From Holophagales bacterium (GTDB lineage Bacteria; Acidobacteriota; Thermoanaerobaculia; Multivoradales; Multivoraceae), in NCBI GenBank assembly GCA_009837885.1, contig VXSP01000003.1, positions 9,069 through 73,068 on the forward strand: a stretch of 64,000 bases of DNA. Reading direction: 5' to 3'. The translations under genes and the position numbers were made by a program. Position 1 is the stretch's first letter, and every line of letters starts with the position of its first letter. Below the pieces are notes generated by a model. That model saw nothing but the letters and a program-made list of their open reading frames with translations. It did no database searches and was not told the DNA's origin. This document shows, piece by piece, positions 56,491 through 64,000 of the stretch.

Positions 56491-56559
56491 CCGCACCGGC
56501 CCCGCAGAATACGGTTACCCAGTCCGGAAGTCCAGCGTTCGACGCCGACCGGGAAAGGG

Positions 56560-57336
56560 CTACGGGGTGGCGCTCTGTTCCGGTACGGCGATCACGATCT
56601 CCTCGTCGTCGATCGCTCCGTGCTCGAAGGGCTCGCCGTTCACTTCGATCGTCGCCACAGCCACGCTGCTCAGGGTGAGCCGCACCTCCTCCTGGGCAGT
56701 GACGGTGAGGGACTCCCCCTGAACCCGCAGCTCGCTGACCGTTCGATCGCCATCGACGTAGACATCCACCCAACTCGTCCCCTGGAACTCCATCGTGACC
56801 CGCAAGGCACGCGCCGGCAGCGGCTGCGCCGGCGGCAGTTCCGGCACCGTCTCGGTCACCGGAGGCGCCATCGTCTCCATGTCCTCGCCGGGATCCCGGT
56901 CCATCGCGGTAAACCAGACGATCGCCGCCGCGACCACCGCCAGACCGACGAGGATCGCCACGGTTCGCCCGACGAGCCAGGTCGACGGGGAACTTCCCGC
57001 CGTCTCCGTCGACCCCTCGTACTCGCCGCCCGCGGAGGCGACGAGGTAGAAGTTGAGGACTTCGTCCGGGTCGAGGCCGACGATCCGGGCGTACTCGCGC
57101 AGAAAGCCCCGAACGAAGATGGAGGCGGGCAGGAGGTCGAAGCGGTCCTCCTCGAGTAACTCGAGGTAGCGGATGTTGATCTTGCTGGACTGCGCGATCG
57201 TCTCCAGGTCGACGCGGCGAACCTCGCGCTGGCCGCGGAGCCAGGAGCCGAAGGACTCCCGTTCGTGCCTGGCCTCGGGCGCCTGGTCCTGCTCGGACGC
57301 CTGAGGTTCCTCAGGCGCCGGATTCTGCTCGCTCAT
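56560..57336 (-). CDS. rodZ: RodZ-like cytoskeletal HTH protein
   Basis: FGSWLRGQREVRRVDLETIAQSSKINIRYLELLEEDRFDLLP...VRGFLREYARIVGLD, a single TM, and a C-terminal DUF4115-like beta domain. Confidence 0.8.
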   Translation of the reverse strand: MSEQNPAPEEPQASEQDQAPEARHERESFGSWLRGQREVRRVDLETIAQSSKINIRYLELLEEDRFDLLPASIFVRGFLREYARIVGLDPDEVLNFYLVASAGGEYEGSTETAGSSPSTWLVGRTVAILVGLAVVAAAIVWFTAMDRDPGEDMETMAPPVTETVPELPPAQPLPARALRVTMEFQGTSWVDVYVDGDRTVSELRVQGESLTVTAQEEVRLTLSSVAVATIEVNGEPFEHGAIDDEEIVIAVPEQSATP

Positions 57337-57475
57337 CTCGCCGCCTCTGCCCAGTGTGGCATTCGCTGAGCGCCATTGTACCCCTCTTCACACCCGCCGC
57401 GACTGATACGATCACCGGTCCAGTTGACGCACCGTTGCCGCGGGCGCGCTCCCCGCAGGCCACGCCGGCTACCGC

Positions 57476-59539
57476 ATGAGGATCCCGCAAAGCACCCAAG
57501 ACAGTCTGGCGCGCGGTGACATCGACGCAGTAGAAGCGGACTGGCTGGTCGCGATCGAAGGCGAGATCGAGGTCGAGCAGTTCCTCGCCATCACCAAGGG
57601 CCTGGTTCGACTAGGTGAAGAGGATCGTGTGGGAACGCTCCTCGAACTGCTTGACGATCAACTCCGGGAACGCGGCATGTGGGCCGCACGCCTGGATCTC
57701 GTCCGCGGCGCCGCGCACTACTTCGTGCGCAGCGGACAGGTCTACGACACCGTTCTCGACACCCTGCACGAGCTCTACCGCGACCGCGAGTCCGACCTGA
57801 ACGGCCTGCTCCAGGATCTCAACCTCGATCAGGGACGCGGGCACGCGAACAAGCTCTGGGACAAGGTGGACCGGCTCCGCAACCTTCTGGCGTTCCGGCC
57901 TGGCGACATCGTGGAAATGGAAGGTCGAGGCGCCGGTCGAATCGCCGAGGTCAACATGCCGCTCCACGTCTTCAAGGTGGACCTGGAGAAGGCGAAGGGA
58001 GTGTCGGTCGGGTTTCGGGCGGCCGGCAAGATGCTCAAGCTGCTGCCCGAAGGGCACGTGCTCCGTCAGAAGCTGGAAGAACCGGAGCAGCTCGAGGGAC
58101 TCAAGCCCACCGAGTTGCTGGAACGCACCCTCAAGAGTTACGACCGACCGCTGAGCGGCGCCGAAGTCAAGGTCATCGTTGTCGGCATCATCCCGGAGCG
58201 CCGGTGGTCGAGCTGGTGGACCAGCGCGCGGAAGCAGCCGCAGGTGCTGGCTTCCGGCGGTCCCCGGCAGACTTACCAGTGGCTCGAGGCAACTGACGCG
58301 GAGGAATCGCTGTGGCGCGAGTTCGAGGCCGCACCGAACCGCCAGAAAGTCGGACTCCTGCGGCGGGCGGCCAACCAGTCGCAGGAACTCCGGGGGCGAA
58401 TGGCTGAGGAACTCGATCGCCTCAGCCGCAAACTCACGGACGCTCATCCCGCGCTCGCCTTCGAAGTCCGCTACGCGCTCGAGCGCTTCGGCGCCGAGCC
58501 CTCCTGGCCGGCCGAGGACCTGCTGGGGAACCTGACGGATCCGTTGGAGTTCTTCGCGTCACTCGAACAGCGCGCCGCTCGCGAACAGGGTTACGCCCTG
58601 CTCCCGACCTGCCGGGATGACTGGCTCGAGGTGCTCGAACGACGCTTCCTGCTGGAATCCGACACGAAAGCGATCGATGCGATCGCCGCCGTGCTGGACG
58701 AGGAGACACTGAGCCGTTGCGCCGCTCGTGCTCAGGTCCAGCCTCACCGCACCCCCGCCGCCTTCACCTGGCTGGTCGAACGGGCGGCCTCAGAACCGTC
58801 GCTGCGGCAGGGTCGGCAAAGCCGCCTCCTGAACCTGCTGATCCAGGCGCTGCGGCACGATGCCTTCGCCCCTTTCCGGGCCCGCATCAAGTCCCTGTTC
58901 GATTCCGGCGGTACGGCACCCAAGCTCCTTCCGGAGTTGACCCTCGACGAGGCCCGCCAGGCCGATGTCGCGATCCGTCATGCAGCGCTCGAGGACTACC
59001 GCCGGGAACCCCTGCTGGCAGCTCTCCACCTGAAGTTCCCCGACCTTCAGGCGGACCAGGACAGCGGCAGCGACGACCTCTACGCACTGCCGGCCTCGAT
59101 CGAGGCGCAGCGCGAGAAACTGCGGGGGCTGGTCGAGGAGGAGATTCCGGCGAATCGCAAGGCGATCGAGGAGGCGCGCGCTCTTGGCGACCTGCGCGAG
59201 AACTTCGAGTACAAGTCCGCGCGGCAACGCCACGAGTACCTCACGGCCCTGGCGACCCAACTGCAGCAGGACCTGCAGCGCTCGACGCCGATCGACGTCG
59301 CGAGCGCGGCCTGTGACCGACTGCGCATCGGCAACCGGGCAACGCTCGAATCGGACAGCGGCGAACAGCGCACCCTGGCCATCCTCGGTCCCTGGGAGAG
59401 CGCGCCGGAACGGGGCATCATCTCGTACGAATCGGACCTCGCCGGCCGTCTGCTCGGATCCGAGCCGGGAGCTCGGGTAGAACTGGACGGCGAGACGTTC
59501 ACCCTGCGCGCGATCGAAGCGATTCCAGCCGGCGGTTAG
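57476..59539 (+). CDS. GreA/GreB-family factor with ~530-aa N-terminal extension
   Basis: The C-terminal ~155 aa carry GDLRENFEYKSARQRHEYL (the GreA coiled-coil tip motif GDLSENAEY) and an FKBP-like C-domain (...ISYESDLAGRLLGSEPGARVEL). I do not recognise the N-terminal 530 aa. Confidence 0.8.
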   Translation: MRIPQSTQDSLARGDIDAVEADWLVAIEGEIEVEQFLAITKGLVRLGEEDRVGTLLELLDDQLRERGMWAARLDLVRGAAHYFVRSGQVYDTVLDTLHELYRDRESDLNGLLQDLNLDQGRGHANKLWDKVDRLRNLLAFRPGDIVEMEGRGAGRIAEVNMPLHVFKVDLEKAKGVSVGFRAAGKMLKLLPEGHVLRQKLEEPEQLEGLKPTELLERTLKSYDRPLSGAEVKVIVVGIIPERRWSSWWTSARKQPQVLASGGPRQTYQWLEATDAEESLWREFEAAPNRQKVGLLRRAANQSQELRGRMAEELDRLSRKLTDAHPALAFEVRYALERFGAEPSWPAEDLLGNLTDPLEFFASLEQRAAREQGYALLPTCRDDWLEVLERRFLLESDTKAIDAIAAVLDEETLSRCAARAQVQPHRTPAAFTWLVERAASEPSLRQGRQSRLLNLLIQALRHDAFAPFRARIKSLFDSGGTAPKLLPELTLDEARQADVAIRHAALEDYRREPLLAALHLKFPDLQADQDSGSDDLYALPASIEAQREKLRGLVEEEIPANRKAIEEARALGDLRENFEYKSARQRHEYLTALATQLQQDLQRSTPIDVASAACDRLRIGNRATLESDSGEQRTLAILGPWESAPERGIISYESDLAGRLLGSEPGARVELDGETFTLRAIEAIPAGG

Positions 59540-59648
59540 GGGCCGCCTGGCGGCGGCGGGTCAGAACCCGGCTGGCGCGTCACAGTCCGAGCGCGCGTCC
59601 TCGGACGGTCGGATGTCAGACCCGCGCACCTGCTAGACTTATAGCGAA

Positions 59649-59966
59649 GTGTCTCTAGACTTGGAGGAGGTGCGGCGGATTGCCGAGCTGGCGAGACTGC
59701 GGATCTCGGCCCGTGAAGAAGCGACGTTCGCCGGTCAGCTCTCGGAGATCGTCGACTACATCGATCAGCTCCGGGAGGTCGATGACGGCGCCGCCTCACT
59801 CGAAGAGACCGAAGCGGCCAGTGACACCGCCGACAACGACCTTCCCCGGCCGGCGGCCGCGGCAGGCAGCGAACTCCTCGACCAGTTCCTGGACAACGCG
59901 CCCGCCTCACTCGACCGCTTCCTGCTCGTGCCGCAGGTCAAGGCAACGCCGGGCGGCGACGAGTGA
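59649..59966 (+). CDS. gatC: Asp/Glu-tRNA(Asn/Gln) amidotransferase subunit C
   Basis: MSLDLEEVRRIAELARLRISAREEATFAGQLSEIVDYIDQL is typical GatC. GTG start. Confidence 0.9.
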   Translation: MSLDLEEVRRIAELARLRISAREEATFAGQLSEIVDYIDQLREVDDGAASLEETEAASDTADNDLPRPAAAAGSELLDQFLDNAPASLDRFLLVPQVKATPGGDE

Positions 59967-61423
59967 CGCAACCGATGACGGCGGAGAGGCTGGCAGCCGC
60001 GATCCGTTCGGGGGAACGGAATGCGGTCGACACGGTCGAAGCAGCGTTCGCCCGGATCGAGAAGGTCGACGGCTCCGTTGGCGCCTTTCTCGAACTCTGG
60101 AGGGACGAAGCGACCGAGCGAGCCGCCGGCATCGACAGCCGGAGGGACGAAGGGCTGCCCCTGGGTCCGCTCGCCGGCGTGCCGACAGCCCTGAAGGACA
60201 ACATGTCCCTGGCGGGGCACGAACTGAACTGCGGCTCGCGCATCCTGGCCGGCTACCGCGCACCCTACACGGCCGGCGCCGTCGAGCGCCTGGTGGCTGC
60301 AGACGCCGTACCCGTCGGTCGCGTGAACATGGACGAGTTCGCCATGGGCTCGTCGTGCGAGAACTCGGCTCTGGCCACGACACGCAATCCCTGGGACCTG
60401 ACCATGGCGCCCGGCGGCTCGAGCGGTGGATCGGCGGCCGCGGTCGCGGCGGCCGAGGTGCCGCTCGCACTGGGCTCGGACACCGGAGGCTCGATCCGGC
60501 AACCGGCCGCCTTCTGCGGCGTGGTCGGCGTGAAGCCGACCTACGGCCGTGTCTCGCGCTACGGTCTGGTCGCCTTCGCCTCCTCGCTCGACCAGATCGG
60601 ACCACTCGCCCGCAACGTGCGCGACGCGGCCCTCGCGCTCGGAACCATAGCCGGGCCCGACCCGCGGGACTCCACATGCAGCGAAGAGCCGGTCGGTGAC
60701 TTTCTGGAACCAATCGAGGACGGCATCGAGGGTTTGAAGGTCGGCACCATCCGCGAGGTCAGGACCTCCTCGCTGGAGGGCGACGCGGCGCGCCGCTTCG
60801 AACAGGCGCTCGAGGCACTCGCGCGCTGCGGCGCCGAGCTGGTCGAGGTCAGCGTCCCACTGATCGAAACGGCTGTCGCCACCTACTACGTGCTCGCCAA
60901 CAGCGAGGCCAGCGCGAATCTCGCCCGCTTCGACGGCAGCCGCTACGGCCACCGCGCCGCCGGCGCCCGCTCGCTCACCGAGATGTACACGGGCAGTCGC
61001 AGCGAGGGCTTCGGTCCGGAGGTCAAGCGCCGGATCATTCTCGGCACTTTCGCCCTGTCCTCGGGCTACTACGACGCCTACTATGGCCGCGCGGCGCGGA
61101 TCGCCGGGGCTCTGCGACAGCAATTCACCGAGGCCTTCGAGCAAGCCGAACTGCTGGTTACGCCGACCAGCCCCGGCGGCGCGTTCAGGCTCGGTGAACG
61201 GGTCGACGATCCGCTGGCGATGTACCTCTCGGACGTGTTCACGACGCCGACCAGCCTGGCCGGCATACCGGGCATCTCGGTCCCCTGCGGCCTCGACAGC
61301 CGGGGCCTCCCCCTCGGGCTTCAGATCCTGGCGCGTCCGTTCGCCGACGGCACCGCGCTGCGGGCAGCCCGGGCGTTCGAACGGGAAACCGGCTTCGAGT
61401 GCCGGCCGGAGCCAGTTGCATGA
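59963..61423 (+). CDS. gatA: Asp/Glu-tRNA(Asn/Gln) amidotransferase subunit A
   Basis: Amidase signature GGSSGGSAAAVAA...GSDTGGSIRQPA. GTG 59963 is in a GTGA overlap (ATG 59975 is an alternative). Confidence 0.95.
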   Translation: MTQPMTAERLAAAIRSGERNAVDTVEAAFARIEKVDGSVGAFLELWRDEATERAAGIDSRRDEGLPLGPLAGVPTALKDNMSLAGHELNCGSRILAGYRAPYTAGAVERLVAADAVPVGRVNMDEFAMGSSCENSALATTRNPWDLTMAPGGSSGGSAAAVAAAEVPLALGSDTGGSIRQPAAFCGVVGVKPTYGRVSRYGLVAFASSLDQIGPLARNVRDAALALGTIAGPDPRDSTCSEEPVGDFLEPIEDGIEGLKVGTIREVRTSSLEGDAARRFEQALEALARCGAELVEVSVPLIETAVATYYVLANSEASANLARFDGSRYGHRAAGARSLTEMYTGSRSEGFGPEVKRRIILGTFALSSGYYDAYYGRAARIAGALRQQFTEAFEQAELLVTPTSPGGAFRLGERVDDPLAMYLSDVFTTPTSLAGIPGISVPCGLDSRGLPLGLQILARPFADGTALRAARAFERETGFECRPEPVA

Positions 61424-63207
61424 ACGTGCGCGCCTCCCTCGTCGTGGCCACCGTCCTTGCCGTGCTCCTGCCCGCGGCGAGCGACGCGGCCACCCGGCGC
61501 ATGGCCGTGCCGGAGATCGGATCGCCGAGTCCGGTCGCGGTGCTGGCCGCCTCCGGGAAGATCCACATCGAGGCGAAGCCACGGCGCAACGAAGGTCTGC
61601 TGGCGTTCGCCGAGCGGCTCTGCGGCAGCTCACGGCACGCCTCAGCCGTGAGCCGGGCGAACGGAGGCGTTCAACGACTCCGCCGCGGCGTCCGGTACAA
61701 AGTGCCCTTCGACCTGCTCCCCGCGCGACACCGGCAAGCCGTCATTCGCGCCCTGCTGCCGAGGGACGAGCCCACCGCCGACGGCTGGCGGCACCGTGTC
61801 GCCTCCGCCTCGCGCGGCGCCAGGTCGGAGAGCCTGTGGAGCATCGCGGAGTGGTTCACCGGCTCGGGCGAGAACCACGGGACGCTGCGGCGGGCGAACA
61901 ACCTGACCAGCAACGTCATCCGCCCCGGTCAGGTCATTCTCATCCCGCGCGACATGCTCTCGGAGCCCTACGCCGGCATGCTGCCCGCCGCAGCGACCCG
62001 CCAGGTTGCGGAGGAGGACTCCGGAGCCGGTTCCTTAACTGGCGATGGACCCTTCGTCCGCTATGGCGCCGACGCGCAGGGCGACTACGCCAGCTACCGG
62101 CTGAAGGCCGGCGAAGCCCTCTACTCCAGTGTCGTGATGCGATTCACGGGCCGGCTCCTCGCCGCCGACGTGAACGAACTGGTCGACCAGATCAGGGAGC
62201 GCAACGCGATCCGCGACGTGCGCGACCTCCCCGTCGGCTACGAGGTCAAGATCCCGCTCGACCTGCTCTCGGCCCGTTATCTGCCATCCGATCATCCGCA
62301 GCGTCAGGAGTGGGAAGCGCAGCGCTCCGCCTCCGAGCAGATCGAGAACGAGCTGCTGGCCCTCGATCTCGACGGGGTCACGGTGGTGCTCGACGCCGGC
62401 CACGGCGGCCGCGACACCGGGGCGCCCGTCGGTGGCATCTGGGAGAGCGCCTACGTCTACGACATCATGCTGCGGACCAAGCGGCTGCTGGAGAGCCGCA
62501 CGGCCGCCACCGTCGTGCCGACCACGCGTGATGGCGCCACGTTCCGGATCCAGGACAGCGACGTGCTGCCGCATTCCCGTGGGCACGCCGTGCTCACGGA
62601 CCCGCCATACCGCATCGACAACGCGGCGGTGGCGACGAACTTCCGGTGGTACCTGTCGAACTCGATCTACCGGCAGCGCCGCCAGGCCGGCGCCGAGCCC
62701 CGTCAGGTCATCTTCATCTCGATTCACGCGGATTCTCTCCACCCGTCGCTGAACGGCGCCATGGTCTACATTCCGGGTCTGGTCGGCATCACCAACAACT
62801 ACGGAAAGTCGGGCAGGGTGTACAACGCGCGCCGCGAAGTCCGGGCCGAACCCCGCGTCTCCTTCACCCGGACCGAACGGACGACCAGCAAGGGCCTGTC
62901 GCGCGATCTCGCCGAACACCTGCTGGATGGCTTCCAACGCGCCGGCCTGGGCGTTCATCACAACAACCCGATCCGCGATCGGATCTGGCGCGGACGCCGC
63001 GTCTACGTGCCGGCGCAACTCCGCTTCAACGCGATACCGGCCAAGGTCCTCCTCGAGGTCTGCAACCTGAGCAACGATCAGGACCGCCGCCTGATCAAGA
63101 CCCGCGCCTACCGTCAGCGGGTCGCCGAGGCGATCGTGAACGGCATCCTGTCCTACTACGGCGTGCCCGGCGCCAGAGCCGAGCGCAGCGTCGCCGCCGG
63201 CAGTTGA
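61420..63207 (+). CDS. N-acetylmuramoyl-L-alanine amidase (Amidase_3) with LysM-like repeats
   Basis: Signal peptide MNVRASLVVATVLAVLLPAASDA. LysM-like ESLWSIAEWFTG...NNLTSNVIRPGQVILIP. Catalytic VVLDAGHGGRDTGA...FISIHADS. ATG is in an ATGA overlap with gatA. Confidence 0.85.
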   Translation: MNVRASLVVATVLAVLLPAASDAATRRMAVPEIGSPSPVAVLAASGKIHIEAKPRRNEGLLAFAERLCGSSRHASAVSRANGGVQRLRRGVRYKVPFDLLPARHRQAVIRALLPRDEPTADGWRHRVASASRGARSESLWSIAEWFTGSGENHGTLRRANNLTSNVIRPGQVILIPRDMLSEPYAGMLPAAATRQVAEEDSGAGSLTGDGPFVRYGADAQGDYASYRLKAGEALYSSVVMRFTGRLLAADVNELVDQIRERNAIRDVRDLPVGYEVKIPLDLLSARYLPSDHPQRQEWEAQRSASEQIENELLALDLDGVTVVLDAGHGGRDTGAPVGGIWESAYVYDIMLRTKRLLESRTAATVVPTTRDGATFRIQDSDVLPHSRGHAVLTDPPYRIDNAAVATNFRWYLSNSIYRQRRQAGAEPRQVIFISIHADSLHPSLNGAMVYIPGLVGITNNYGKSGRVYNARREVRAEPRVSFTRTERTTSKGLSRDLAEHLLDGFQRAGLGVHHNNPIRDRIWRGRRVYVPAQLRFNAIPAKVLLEVCNLSNDQDRRLIKTRAYRQRVAEAIVNGILSYYGVPGARAERSVAAGS

Positions 63208-63241
63208 GGTCGCCGCGCAGCTACTGCACCAACTGCAGCGA

Positions 63242-63865
63242 TCAGTAGCGGCGCATCAGCCCGACCACGATCCCCTGGATGCGGAGTCGATCCGCGGCGA
63301 CGTAGAGCGGCTCCATCTCCCGGTTCGCCGGCTGCAGCCGGATGGAATCGCCTTCGGGGAAGTAGCGCTTGAGCGTTGCCTCGTCGTCGATCAGGGCGAC
63401 GACTACCTGCCCCGACTGCGCCTGATCCTGCTCGGCGATCACCACCAGATCGCCGTCGCAGATGCCGTCGTCGATCATCGAGTCCCCCTCCACCTCGAGG
63501 ACGTAGTGCCGCCCGGCCGGGCCGCGCTCGAGCAGGTGCTCAGGCACCGGCAGGTCGTCGACGCCCGGCACCGCCTCGATCGGCCTGCCGGCGGCGATCC
63601 GGCCGTGGAAGGGAACGGAGTTCGCGGGCGGACGCCGGCCGCGCAGCGTCTTCTCCGTCAGTTCCAGGCCGCGCTTCTGATTCCAGCCGCCGCGCAGGTA
63701 GCCCTTCTGCCTCAGGAGCTTCAGGTGCTTGTGGACGGTGCCGTAGGACCGGTAGCCGAAGCGGCGGCGGATCTCCAGGTGGGTGGGCGCGATACCCCGC
63801 ATCTGGTGGAATTCGCAGACGAAGTCGAGAATCTGCTTCTGGCGCTCGGTCAGGAAGTCGTCCAT
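63242..63865 (-). CDS. lexA: transcriptional repressor LexA
   Basis: LTERQKQILDFV...winged HTH. The Ala-Gly-type cleavage region (RIAAGRPIEA) and the S24 peptidase VEGDSMID...ATLKRY are present. ATG 63865 (TTG 63868 in the track). Confidence 0.95.
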   Translation of the reverse strand: MDDFLTERQKQILDFVCEFHQMRGIAPTHLEIRRRFGYRSYGTVHKHLKLLRQKGYLRGGWNQKRGLELTEKTLRGRRPPANSVPFHGRIAAGRPIEAVPGVDDLPVPEHLLERGPAGRHYVLEVEGDSMIDDGICDGDLVVIAEQDQAQSGQVVVALIDDEATLKRYFPEGDSIRLQPANREMEPLYVAADRLRIQGIVVGLMRRY

Positions 63866-63874
63866 CAATGCTCG

Positions 63875-63903
63875 ATTCTAGACGCAAACCCAGCGTAAGA
63901 CAA
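63875..63903 (-). promoter_or_regulatory. candidate lexA promoter (leaderless configuration)
   Basis: Minus strand TTGTCT (63903-63898), 17 nt, TAGAAT (63880-63875). The ATG lies 9 nt after the -10 hexamer. Confidence 0.5.
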
Positions 63904-63959
63904 CCGGCGGCGCCCCTCGCCGGCGGCGCCCGGGCCCGGCCGCATACACTACGCGGCCG

Positions 63960-64000
63960 ATGTCAGAGCACCTCGAGCAACACGAACTGGACAACGGCAT
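63960..64000 (+). CDS. 5' end of an unidentified gene (partial)
   Basis: ATG 63960, MSEHLEQHELDNG... runs off the window. Too short to name. Confidence 0.3.
   Translation, partial: MSEHLEQHELDNG

Noticed and set aside
59765-61633. 622-aa ORF antisense to gatA
   Set aside because: gatA carries the amidase signature. The antisense frame is a high-GC artefact.

Overview
This is a very GC-rich bacterial chromosomal window. By eye it holds about 55 protein genes and one tRNA, with no rRNA, CRISPR array, transposase or prophage genes. The content is mostly housekeeping.

Recognised genes, in order:
- TRAP transporter (dctP, fused dctQM)
- thiO, a ferredoxin, cbpA-clpB
- xerD
- korAB (2-oxoacid:ferredoxin oxidoreductase)
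- coaD, tsaC, recN, proC, proline dehydrogenase, lipA-lipB
- class I aldolase
- prfB with its classical +1 frameshift
- lnt, stomatin/NfeD, tRNA-Pro(CGG), rodZ, gatCA, an AmiC-like amidase, lexA

A VWFA protein of the type common in Acidobacteria hints at that lineage. This is an inference only.

Accessory or poorly understood content:
- Two VapBC toxin-antitoxin pairs, one next to a patatin-like lipase.
- A secreted M48/TPR, NHL, PEGA-PDZ gene trio.
- A SpoIVB(S55)-like protein paired with a beta-propeller protein, sitting between tsaC and coaD.
- A glycosyltransferase, polytopic membrane protein and degenerate-Nudix trio that is translationally chained to prfB and lnt.

Non-genic signals I consider most worth follow-up:
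- A 157-nt element bounded by a perfect 25-bp inverted repeat, in a 370-nt gap between recN and tsaC.
- A 162-nt rod-like inverted-repeat structure downstream of the first gene.
- A small hairpin-plus-tail repeat family (GCCGGCG-N4-CGCCGGC-GYACCCAGTGTG). It brackets xerD, recurs in the recN-tsaC gap, and appears in frame inside a membrane-protein gene.
- An lnt gene whose first transmembrane helix lies upstream of any canonical start codon (possible CTG start in a CTGA overlap).
- Several near-consensus promoters placed so close to start codons that the mRNAs would be leaderless.

I found no clear known defence system. All domain calls are by-eye motif recognition, and no searches were run.
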